The position numbers and the translations under genes are program-made. Under the pieces are notes generated by a model, which was given only the letters and a program-made list of their open reading frames with translations, did no database searches and was not told the DNA's origin. From NCBI GenBank assembly GCA_963766735.1, contig CAVYBU010000007.1, positions 192,001-256,000 of the forward strand: DNA of 64,000 nucleotides, read 5' to 3'. Below, one piece after another: positions 20,361 through 29,326 of the stretch (position 1 is its first letter; every line of letters begins with the position of its first letter). The DNA comes from an uncultured Chloroflexia bacterium (lineage in GTDB: Bacteria; Chloroflexota; Limnocylindria; Limnocylindrales; CSP1-4).

Positions 20361-21071
20361 TCAGGCCCCGGCTGCGGCGCGCGCCGCCCCGGCGATCGCC
20401 CTGATCCGCTCGACCTCCACGGCCATGTCCGGAGCCCGGTAGAGCGCGGACCCGGCGACAATGACGTCGGTCCCACCTCGCCCGATGATCTCTGCCGTCT
20501 CCGCGCGGCCGCCGCCGTCCACCTGGACCTCCGATGCGCCCGCCGGGTCCAGCCAGGCCCGTGCCGCGGCCAGCTTCGCCTCCGCCACGTCCCGCATGAA
20601 CGACTGGCCACCGAAGCCGGGCTCAACGGTCATCACGAGGATGATGTCGAGCAGGTCCCGGAACGAGTCGAGCGACGCCAGCGGCGTGCCGGGCTTGACC
20701 GACAGGCCTGCGGACCGGCCGGCCTCCCGGATCCGGACCAGGGCCGGCCGGACCTGGGACGCGTCAACCTCCACGTGGAAGGTGATCGAGTCGCAGCCCG
20801 CATCCAGGAACTGCTCCGTCCAGCGGCCGGGCTCCCAGATCATCAGGTGGGCATCGAACGGGAGGGTGGTCGCGCGCCTGACGGCCTCGATGGTCTTCCA
20901 GCCGAACGTGATGTTGGGGACGAAGCGGCCGTCCATGACGTCCAGGTGGATCCGATCCGCGCCGGCCGCCTCGGCGCGCCTGATCTCATCGCCGAGGGCG
21001 CCGAGGTCCGCGTCAAGGATGCTCGCCGCGACGAGCACGCCCGCGGGTCGCCTGCTGGTCACGGCCGTCAC
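20361..21071 (-). CDS. rpe: Ribulose-phosphate 3-epimerase
   Basis: HLDVMDGRFVPNITFG, DAHLMI, MTVEPGFGGQ, VDGG. Confidence 0.97.
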   Translation of the reverse strand: MTAVTSRRPAGVLVAASILDADLGALGDEIRRAEAAGADRIHLDVMDGRFVPNITFGWKTIEAVRRATTLPFDAHLMIWEPGRWTEQFLDAGCDSITFHVEVDASQVRPALVRIREAGRSAGLSVKPGTPLASLDSFRDLLDIILVMTVEPGFGGQSFMRDVAEAKLAAARAWLDPAGASEVQVDGGGRAETAEIIGRGGTDVIVAGSALYRAPDMAVEVERIRAIAGAARAAAGA

Positions 21072-22312
21072 TCCTCCCCCAGTCCGGCCGGCGCGGGGTC
21101 GTGGCTCCGCTCACCACGCAGCGCCGCCGCGCTCTCGGCCACGAGGCGTTCCCGCCGTCTCTGGACGACGATGGGGGCGGTCTGGCCCGCATGCTCCGCC
21201 GCGAGCTGGCCGCACGCAGCCCCGATCTCGGTGCCGCGGTTGAACCGGATCGTCGTGGCGATGCCGGCCGCCGTGAGGCGCCCGGCGAAGCGCTCGACAA
21301 CCGGCAGGGGCGTGCCGGTCCACGGGGTGTGTGCCACCTGGTTCATCGGGATCAGGTTCACATGCGCGTGCGCGCCGCGGAGGAGCCCCGCGAGGGCATC
21401 CGCATCGACATCGGTGTCGTTGATCCCGTCGATCATCGTGACCTCGTAGGTCACCCGACGGCCCGTCCTCTGCGCGTGATCGCCCGCCGCCTCGACCACC
21501 TCCTCCACCGGCCAGCGACGGTTGAGCGGCACGAGGACGTCCCGCAGCGCGTTGCGTGCCGCGTGAAGGCTGACGGCCAGCGTGAACTGCGGCCCGAGTG
21601 ACGTCAGGTGCCGGATCCCGGGCACCACGCCCGACGTGGACACCGTGATGTGGCGGGCGCCGAGGCCGAAGCGCTTCGGATCGTTGAGCGCGGCGATGGA
21701 TTCGAGCACCCGATCGAGGTTGAGAAGCGGCTCGCCCATGCCCATGAACACGATGTTGGTCAGGTGCTTCCCGTCCGCGGCCAGGCGCCGGGCCGCGTGG
21801 CGCACCTGGTCCACGATCTCCGCCGTCTCCAGGTCGCGCTCCATGCCCAGCTCGCCCGTGGCGCAGAACGGGCAGCCCACGGCGCACCCCGCCTGGGATG
21901 AGATGCACAGCGTGTGGCGCTCCCGGCTCCCCTCGCGGGCCGGGTAGTGCATCAGCACCGACTCGATGAGCAACCCGTCGGAGAGGCGGTGCAGTGCCTT
22001 CTCGGTCAGGCCGCCGTCCGTGACCCGGACCTCGGTCTCGGTCATCGTGTCGAACCGGAATGCACCGTCGAGGGACGGGCGGAGGGCGGCAGGCAGGGTC
22101 AGGATCTCGTCGAAGCTCGTCTGGCGGCCTCGCCACGCTGCGTCCTGCACCTGGCTGGCGCGGTACCCGGGCTCTCCGTGCGCGGTGAACCAGGACACCA
22201 GGTCTGCCGGGAGCACACCGGCCACGCCTGGACGTTCGTCGCGGGGACGGCTGGCGGACGGGGCGGGCCGCAGGCCATACCCGGGGAGGTTCGTCGGCCG
22301 GGGTTCGATCAT
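21068..22312 (-). CDS. rlmN: 23S rRNA m2A2503 radical SAM methyltransferase RlmN
   Basis: CISSQAGCAVGCPFCATG, FMGMGEP, SLHA, AACGQL. Confidence 0.97.
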   Translation of the reverse strand: MIEPRPTNLPGYGLRPAPSASRPRDERPGVAGVLPADLVSWFTAHGEPGYRASQVQDAAWRGRQTSFDEILTLPAALRPSLDGAFRFDTMTETEVRVTDGGLTEKALHRLSDGLLIESVLMHYPAREGSRERHTLCISSQAGCAVGCPFCATGELGMERDLETAEIVDQVRHAARRLAADGKHLTNIVFMGMGEPLLNLDRVLESIAALNDPKRFGLGARHITVSTSGVVPGIRHLTSLGPQFTLAVSLHAARNALRDVLVPLNRRWPVEEVVEAAGDHAQRTGRRVTYEVTMIDGINDTDVDADALAGLLRGAHAHVNLIPMNQVAHTPWTGTPLPVVERFAGRLTAAGIATTIRFNRGTEIGAACGQLAAEHAGQTAPIVVQRRRERLVAESAAALRGERSHDPAPAGLGEE

Positions 22313-23283
22313 CCGGACGATTCTGACACGGCCGCCGGATGGGCAGGCGCCCGCCGGCCGCGCAGGTAGTCGGCCCCGGACATCGACCGCCTCCCCGTCG
22401 GCGTGACTGCCTCCAGCACGAGCCGCCCATCGGCGGTCGCGAGCGCGGGCAGGTCGCCGTGGCGAACGATGCTCCCGGAGACATCGCCCGGCTCCGAGGC
22501 AGCCGTTGAGGCCGCGGTCACGACCAGCCGCTCCCCGGCCGTCTCCAGGAACGTGCCCGGCCACGGAAGATATGCCCTGACCTGCCGCTCCAGAACGATG
22601 GCCGGCATCGAGGCGTCCAGGCGCCCGTCCTCCCGGCGGAGCGGCCGGGTGAGCGTCATGCCGTCGCTGGGCTGGGGCCGCGCCACCAGCGTCCCCGCGA
22701 GCCAGGCGTCCAGCGACCGGAGCAGCAGCCCGGCCGCCATCTCCGCCATTCGCGCCTCCAGCTCCGGGGCGGTCTCGTCCCCCGCCAGAGTCAGGCTCTC
22801 CTGCGCCACGATCGGTCCCGTGTCCAGGCCCGCGTCCATGCGCATGAGCGACACGGCCGTGGCGTCGTCGCCCGCCAGGATGGTCGCGGGCACGGGGGAG
22901 GCCCCTCGCCAGCGCGGGAGCGCGGATGGGTGGAGGTTCAGAGCCCCGTGTTCCAGCTCCAGCAGCGGCGAGGGCACGATCTGCCCGTAGTCGGCGAGCA
23001 CGATGAGACCCGGCCGGAGCGCCAGGACGGCCTCGATCGCTTCCGGGGCCCGCAGCAGGACGGGGGTCAGCACCGGCGTCACGCCCAGCCCTGACGCGAT
23101 GGTGTGGATCGGCGTCGAACCGAGCACCTGGCGGCGGCCGACCGGTCGATCGGGCGCGGTGACGATACCGACGATGTCGACCGAGGGGTGCGCGTGGAGA
23201 CCGCGCAGGGCCGGCGACCCAAAGGTGCCGCTGCCCAGGAAGACCGTTCGAACCCGCCTACCGTCCTCTGGACCGGGGGTCAC
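22309..23283 (-). CDS. fmt: Methionyl-tRNA formyltransferase
   Basis: VTAPDRP, NLHPSALPRWRGASP, LDTGP, RAYLPWPG. Confidence 0.96.
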   Translation of the reverse strand: MTPGPEDGRRVRTVFLGSGTFGSPALRGLHAHPSVDIVGIVTAPDRPVGRRQVLGSTPIHTIASGLGVTPVLTPVLLRAPEAIEAVLALRPGLIVLADYGQIVPSPLLELEHGALNLHPSALPRWRGASPVPATILAGDDATAVSLMRMDAGLDTGPIVAQESLTLAGDETAPELEARMAEMAAGLLLRSLDAWLAGTLVARPQPSDGMTLTRPLRREDGRLDASMPAIVLERQVRAYLPWPGTFLETAGERLVVTAASTAASEPGDVSGSIVRHGDLPALATADGRLVLEAVTPTGRRSMSGADYLRGRRAPAHPAAVSESSG

Positions 23284-23804
23284 GCGAGCGCCCGCTGCGC
23301 CCCGCGGACGTCGGCGTCTTCGTCCTCGTCCTCGTCGCCCTGGCCCACGGGGATCAGCTCGTCCATCGTCTCCAGGTAGTCGATGTAGAGCTTGCCATCC
23401 AGGTGATCCAGCTCGTGCTGGAGTGCGCGTCCCAGAAGCCCGGAGCCGGCGACCTTGAACTTCTTGCCGACGCGGCTCTGGGCGACGACCCAGACCTTCT
23501 CCTTGCGGGTGACGTAGGCCACGTAGCCCGGGATGGACAGGCAGCCCTCGAGGTCACGGTCCTCCCCGTCGGAGCGGACGATCTTCGGGTTGACCAGCTC
23601 GTACAGGCGGCTCTCGACTTCGATGACGCAGGCACGCTGCGCCTCGCCCAGCTGCGGGGCCGCGAGGCCGACACCGGGCGCCGCGCGCATCGTGGCGGTC
23701 AGATCATCGAGGAGGGCGTGGAGGTACTTGCCGAAGCTGTCCACGGTCTCGCCCCGCAGACGGAGCCGCGGGTCGCCGAGCATGACGATGGGTCGAACGG
23801 TCAT
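23280..23804 (-). CDS. def: Peptide deformylase
   Basis: GVGLAAPQ, EGCLS, QHELDHLDG. Confidence 0.97.
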   Translation of the reverse strand: MTVRPIVMLGDPRLRLRGETVDSFGKYLHALLDDLTATMRAAPGVGLAAPQLGEAQRACVIEVESRLYELVNPKIVRSDGEDRDLEGCLSIPGYVAYVTRKEKVWVVAQSRVGKKFKVAGSGLLGRALQHELDHLDGKLYIDYLETMDELIPVGQGDEDEDEDADVRGAQRALA

Positions 23805-23810
23805 GGGCGG

Positions 23811-23816
23811 AGTATA
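23811..23816 (-). promoter_or_regulatory. -10 (TATACT) 6 nt before the def ATG (leaderless)
   Basis: No SD; spacing places the TSS at the start codon. Confidence 0.6.
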
Positions 23817-23877
23817 CGAAACAACCGCCCGTGCCCCGGCGGGTGCGGGCGGTTGTCGCGATGGGAGCGGCCAGGGT

Positions 23878-24324
23878 TCAGGTGCGGGGACCCTCGGCCG
23901 GCTCGTCCCCCAGGGTCGGCTGGGCGACGGTGTCGTCGTCCGCGGTCGGGGTCGGGGTCTCGTCCGTGTCCGGCGTGTCGCCGTCCTCGGTCGAATCAAC
24001 GGCGCGCAGCTCTGCGGCGACCGACGAGGCTCGCTCGGCGAAGCGCTGGCCCACGTCCATGGTGACATCCGCTGCCTTCTGGGCGAACGGTCCCGCCTTG
24101 ACCGCGGCGAGGGCGGCGAGCTCGGCGGCCTTCGCGCCCACCTGTCGGGCGACCGGCGCGGCCTGCGTCGCGATGTCCTGGATCATCGTCTCGAGTTGCG
24201 TGAGCCACTCGCGCGACTTCGCACTCTCTGCGGGCTCGGCCTCCTCCGGCGGGGCGTCGGAGAGCGGCTCATCCGCCATCGGCTCGCCGGCGGGCGGGGT
24301 GGCATCCTGCGGCTGATCGGTCAT
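23878..24324 (-). CDS. Hypothetical acidic protein with an amphipathic helical core
   Basis: GGAGG RBS before ATG at 24324; plausible codon usage; 148 aa. Confidence 0.75.
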   Translation of the reverse strand: MTDQPQDATPPAGEPMADEPLSDAPPEEAEPAESAKSREWLTQLETMIQDIATQAAPVARQVGAKAAELAALAAVKAGPFAQKAADVTMDVGQRFAERASSVAAELRAVDSTEDGDTPDTDETPTPTADDDTVAQPTLGDEPAEGPRT

Positions 24325-24424
24325 GGTCTGCCTCCATTGGATCGTCGTCCTGCGTGTCCCCCCATTGTGCCCCCTGTGCTGGTTCGCGCATCTGCCGACG
24401 GTCCCGTCTCCAGTGCCCGATCCG

Positions 24425-27023
24425 CTACAGCAGGCTCTCCGGGTCCACGTCCACGCTCCACGGCGACCCCGGCGGCGGGTCCAGGAGGCGCACCGGGTCC
24501 GGGCCGCGCAGGACCACGTGGTAGCGCCACCGATCCGCACGCCGGGCGACGTAGGCGGGCGCGGGGCCTACCACCTGGACCTGCAGCGCCAGCTCCACGG
24601 CACGCGCCCGGAGCCTGCCGGCCATCGCGACGGCCTCGCGCTCGGCGGCTTCGCGGTCCTCCAGGCCAACGGTCAGCTTGATCAGTCGCCCGAACGGCGG
24701 CGATCCGAACCGCTCGCGCAGGGCAAGCTCCTCGTCGTAGAACGCGGCCGCGTCGCGGTCCACCACAGCTCGAATCGCCCGGTGCTCGGGCCGGTAGGTC
24801 TGGACGATGGCCAGGCCCGGTCGGTCCCCTCGACCCGCCCGCCCCACGGCCTGCGCCAGCAGCTGGTACGTGCGCTCCGAGGCGCGTTCGTCCGGGAGGT
24901 TGAGAGCAATGTCCGCCGAGACGACACCCACAAGCGTCACCTCGGGGATGTCCAGGCCCTTCGCCACGAGGCTTGTCCCCACCAGCACGTCGAGACGTCC
25001 CGACGCGAACGCGTCCAGGACGCGGTCCGCCGCGCCCTTGCGCTCCACCACGTCCCGGTCCAGGCGGCTCACGCGGAGCCGCGGGAAGCGGGCACGGAGC
25101 TCGCGCTCCACGCGCTGCGTGCCGCCGCCCAGGTACCGGATCCGCGGCGACTCGCAGGCTGGGCACCGTGACGCCAGCGGCCAGCCCCGTCCGCAGTGGT
25201 GGCAGCGCAGGGTCGCGCCCGCCTGGTGGTAGACGAGCGGCCGGTCGCAGTCCGGGCACGCCTGGACGTGCCCACAGTCCCGGCACATCACCACCGAAGC
25301 CGTGCCACGGCGGTTGATGACGAGAATTGCCCGATCGCCGGCCGCCGTGTCGAGCTCCCCGATCGCTCCCGCCAGAGCGTCCGAGAGCAACCCCCGGTTC
25401 CCCGCCGCCAGCTCCGCCCGCAGGTCCACAGCGGACACGAACGGCTCCGTCCCGGATGGGCGCACCCGGAGGACGGCGCGCCGGTACCGGCCGCTCCTGG
25501 CATGGCCCATGGTCTCCACCGACGGCGTCGCGCTGCCGAGCACGACGCACGCACCCGCGAGGTCGCCGAGCACGAGCGCCGCGTCCCGCGCCTGGAAGCG
25601 AGGCGTCCGGTCGCTCTTGTACGCGGCATCGTGCTCCTCGTCCACGATGACGAGGCCAAGGTCCGCCAGTGGCGAGAGCAACGCCGTCCTCGTCCCGACC
25701 ACGAGGTCCACGTCGCCAGCGCGGATCCGACGCCACTCGTCGGCGCGCTCCCCTTCCCCGAGCCCCGAGTGCATCACCGCGATCCGGACCGCGAGCTCCG
25801 CCCGGAGCCGGTCCACGATCGGCGTGGCGAGCGCAATCTCGGGCACCAGCAGGAGCGCCGGGCGGCCGGCGGCGAGGGAGGCCGAGATCGCCTCCACGTA
25901 GATGGCGGTCTTGCCCCCTCCGGTGACGCCGTCGAGGAGGATCGGCGTGGGATTCCGGGTGCGGATGGCCTCCAGGACCAGGAGGAGTGCTTCGTCCTGC
26001 TCCGGCGTGAGCGACGCACCGGCCGGCCGGGCGCCGCGGGATCCGACGGGCCGGCCGGCAAGCGGCCTGCGGGGGCGCTCGCGGACCTCCGTCCTGACCA
26101 GGCCGCGGCGCACCAGCCCTGCGATCGCCGCGGCGCTGTGGCGCTCCGCGGGGCCGGCGGCCGGGACGCCATCGGGGTTCTCCTCCCCGCCCGCTCGGAT
26201 TGGTGCCGGGTCGGGGTCCAGGTCGCGGATTGCCGGGTCCTCTGCGGCGGCCCCGGACGGCCGCCGCCGGGTCCGACGCCAGCTCCTCGAGCGCGGCCCG
26301 CTGCCGCGGTCCGAGTGGTCGTCCCGCCGGCCGGCCCCCCGCAGCCAGCAGCGCCGCGACACCGGCCCCGTCGTCCGTCAGCCACAGGCGTCGCTCATAG
26401 CGCGGCCCAGCCGCGGCGCCCAGGAGCGTCCATGTGAGCTCCACCAGGCCCTCGTCCTCGAGCGAGCGGAGTCGTCGGAGCAGGCCCGTCCGACCCTCCG
26501 GCGACCCCAGGTCGCGCACCAGGCGGGCGCGTCCCGCCAGCTCGTCCAGGAGGTCCAGCTCCACCGGTGGCAGCCCCGGATCCGGCAGGCCGAGACGCGA
26601 CTCCCCCGCCGGGGTCACCTCGGCCACGAGCTCCAGCCGCTCCAGGAGCCCCGGCGGCAGCATCGCGCGGATGACCGTCGCGAGGGGCGCAAGGTAGTGC
26701 TCCGCGATCCGGGCGGCGAGCGCGAGCGACAGGGGCGGCAGCAAGGGCCCGTCGCTCCGGATCCGGGCGGCCAGGGGCCGGATGGCGCCGCGCTCGGGGG
26801 CCGTGCCGGGACCCATGATGATCCCGATCGCCTGGCGCGCCCCCCGCTCGCCACGGCCGAACGGGACGAGAACGGCCTCGCCGGGCTCCAGCGGCGCGAG
26901 GGCCGGCGGGACCGCATAGGTGTACGTCCGGGGCCCGGGGCCGGCGGGCGCATCCACCGCCACCTCGACCAGCGTCATGCCGTCCACCGGCATCCCCAGG
27001 TCGAGGTTGGACTGGGACGGCAT
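24425..27023 (-). CDS. priA: Primosomal protein N' (PriA), with one frameshift near 26170-26290
   Basis: N-terminal EVAVD...YTY...VLVPFG in one frame; GVTGGGKT, DEEHD, SATPS, Zn-finger Cys clusters and QAVGRAGR in another. Span 2599 nt = 3n+1. Confidence 0.93.
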
Positions 27024-27027
27024 GGGG

Positions 27028-27657
27028 TCAGGTGATGCGGATCTGGCGGTCGATGTGGTGCCGCTTCTCCTGCTCCACGACCGCCTCGATCTCCGCCGCG
27101 GTCCGCTCGATCTCACCGGTCTCGTTGACCACGACCCGATCGTAGTCGCCCTGGCGCGCCAGCTCGATGGCCGCGTTGCGCTGCCGGATCTCCAGCTCGT
27201 CCGCCGTCTCCGTGGCCCGGGAGCGGAGGCGCTGGAACAGCGCTTCCAGCGAGGGCGGGACGATGAAGACGAGGAGGGCGTCCGGGACCCGCTGCTTCAC
27301 GACGCTCGCGCCCTGGACGTCGATCTTGAGGATGACGTCGTGACCCTCCGCCAGGGCGTCCGCGACCTCGCGCCGCGGCGTCCCGTACCAGTTGCCGTGG
27401 ACCTCGTTCGCCTCCAGCAGCTCGCCCGCGACGCGCAGCGCGTGGAACGCCTCCGGAGTGAGGAACTGGTAGGAGACGCCGGGGATCTCGCCGGGTCTCT
27501 GGGCTCGCGTCGTGCAGGTCACGACGTAGTGGAAGTCGGGGTTCCGGGGCCGCGCCGCCAGGGCCTCGATGATCGTGTCCTTGCCCACGCCCGACGGCCC
27601 ACTGATGATCACCAGCAGCGCCCCCGGAGCGCCGAGCAGAGCGTCAGCGTCCGTCAC
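27028..27657 (-). CDS. gmk: Guanylate kinase
   Basis: SGPSGVGKDT, TTRAQRPGE, GNWYGT, IDVQG. Confidence 0.97.
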   Translation of the reverse strand: MTDADALLGAPGALLVIISGPSGVGKDTIIEALAARPRNPDFHYVVTCTTRAQRPGEIPGVSYQFLTPEAFHALRVAGELLEANEVHGNWYGTPRREVADALAEGHDVILKIDVQGASVVKQRVPDALLVFIVPPSLEALFQRLRSRATETADELEIRQRNAAIELARQGDYDRVVVNETGEIERTAAEIEAVVEQEKRHHIDRQIRIT

Positions 27658-28733
27658 GACATCCCTCCTGCGGGCCGGCGTCCCGCCGACACCTCGCTTG
27701 CGCGCAATCCTTCGAGAACCGTCTCGAGCGAGGCGGGCAGCGGCGCTTCGACCCGCACGAGCTTGCCCGACGTGGGTGAGACCAGCTCCAGCCGCCACGC
27801 GTGCAGGAACATCCGCTCCAGCCCGTCCGGGCCCTTGCGGGCCGTTCCCGTGCCGTAGACGGTGTCCCCCGCGACGGGGTGGCCCAGGGCCGCGAGGTGG
27901 ACGCGGATCTGATGGGTGCGACCGGTGACCAGGTCCAGGTCCAGCAGCGTCCAGCCTGCGAACCGCTCGCGCACGCGGTAGCCCGTGATGGACGGGCGTC
28001 CGTCGGAAACCACGGCCATGCGCTTGCGGTCCTTGGGATCGCGCCCGATCGACGCCTCGATCCGTCCGACCGCCGCCGACACCTGGCCCTGGGCGAGCGC
28101 CAGGTACGTCTTCCGGACGCGCCGCGCCTTGAGCTGGGCCATGACGCCCGCCTGGGCTGCATCGTTGCGCGCGACGATCAGGAGACCGGACGTGTCGCGG
28201 TCCAGGCGGTGGACGATCCCGGGCCGGGCAACCCCCGCGATCCCCCCGTAGTGATCACCGCGGGCGAGGAGGGCGTTGACCAGCGTCCCCCGCCAGTGCC
28301 CGGGAGCAGGGTGCACCACCAGGCCCGACGGCTTGTCCACGATCAGCAGGTCGTCGTCCTCGTAGACAACGTGGACCTCGATCGTCGGGTCCGGTTCCAG
28401 GTGGTACGGGACCTCGGGCGGCGGAACCTCGAGCGTCACGGCACCGCCGCGAACCTCGGAGTTGGCGCGGAGGCGGCGGCCCGTGTCGTCCACGAGCAAT
28501 CCTTCGGAGATGAGCTTCTGGACGTAGGAGCGGGAGAGCCCGGTCCGGTCCGCCACGAAGCGGTCGACGCGTCGCACGATCTCGCCCTCTGGCACCTGCA
28601 GACGGCGCGGGCCGGGCGTGATCGAAGGCGGAGGCGTTTCCGTGGGAAGGACGGCGTCGAAGTCATCATCGGACCCGATCTCCCCATCCTCGAGGACGGG
28701 GTCCGGCGCGATGATCTCCTCGCTCCCGGTCAC
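27654..28733 (-). CDS. rluD: RluA/RluD family pseudouridine synthase
   Basis: S4-like domain, DKPSGLVVHP, HRLDRDTSG, TGRTHQIRVH. Confidence 0.93.
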   Translation of the reverse strand: MTGSEEIIAPDPVLEDGEIGSDDDFDAVLPTETPPPSITPGPRRLQVPEGEIVRRVDRFVADRTGLSRSYVQKLISEGLLVDDTGRRLRANSEVRGGAVTLEVPPPEVPYHLEPDPTIEVHVVYEDDDLLIVDKPSGLVVHPAPGHWRGTLVNALLARGDHYGGIAGVARPGIVHRLDRDTSGLLIVARNDAAQAGVMAQLKARRVRKTYLALAQGQVSAAVGRIEASIGRDPKDRKRMAVVSDGRPSITGYRVRERFAGWTLLDLDLVTGRTHQIRVHLAALGHPVAGDTVYGTGTARKGPDGLERMFLHAWRLELVSPTSGKLVRVEAPLPASLETVLEGLRASEVSAGRRPAGGMS

Positions 28734-29326
28734 TCGACGGCCCAGTCGGCGAGGCGCGGGAACACCGCCATCGCCAGCAGCAGCACGATCGCCGTGGAGA
28801 TGGCGGCGTCGGCCACGTTGTAGGTGTAGAACCGCCACCCGCCGATGCCCATGTCGACCCAGTCAACCACGGCGCCGTAGCGCAGGCGGTCCACCAGGTT
28901 GCCGAGGGCGCCGCCCAGGAGCAGGCCGAGCGCCACCGTGGTGACGAGGCCGCGCCCGGCCTTCGCGTGGTAGACACCGATCAGACCCACCACGATGATC
29001 GAGACGACGGCGAACGCGGGGCCGGATTGCGGGAGCATCCCGAACAGGATCCCGGAATTGGTCCAGTGCACGAACCGCAGCCAGCTCCCCAGGACGTCCA
29101 TGGACTCGCCGGGTACGAGGGTGGTCGTGATCCAGCTCTTCGACAACTGGTCGAGGACGACCACTCCGAGCGCGATCGCCGCGAACAGGACCCACCGTCT
29201 TCGCGATGGATGACGCCAGGCCGATGTCACGGGCGCCGGCGCCGCGTCGTCGCTGATCTCGTCGTCCCCGGGCAGGTCATCCCCGGGCAAGCCGTCGGCC
29301 AGGAGCCCCTCGCCTGAGGTGGTCAT
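28730..29326 (-). CDS. lspA: Signal peptidase II
   Basis: DQLSK, NSGILFG, GGALGNLVDRL, VVDW, YNVAD. Confidence 0.96.
   Translation of the reverse strand: MTTSGEGLLADGLPGDDLPGDDEISDDAAPAPVTSAWRHPSRRRWVLFAAIALGVVVLDQLSKSWITTTLVPGESMDVLGSWLRFVHWTNSGILFGMLPQSGPAFAVVSIIVVGLIGVYHAKAGRGLVTTVALGLLLGGALGNLVDRLRYGAVVDWVDMGIGGWRFYTYNVADAAISTAIVLLLAMAVFPRLADWAVE

Noticed and set aside
21068-22312. Cfr-type resistance methyltransferase or RiPP radical SAM enzyme
   Set aside because: Motifs and the housekeeping fmt-rlmN-rpe context fit ordinary RlmN; there is no precursor peptide or SPASM domain.
24321-27116. 931-aa ORF as a novel protein
   Set aside because: It is the PriA N-terminus running out of frame after the frameshift.
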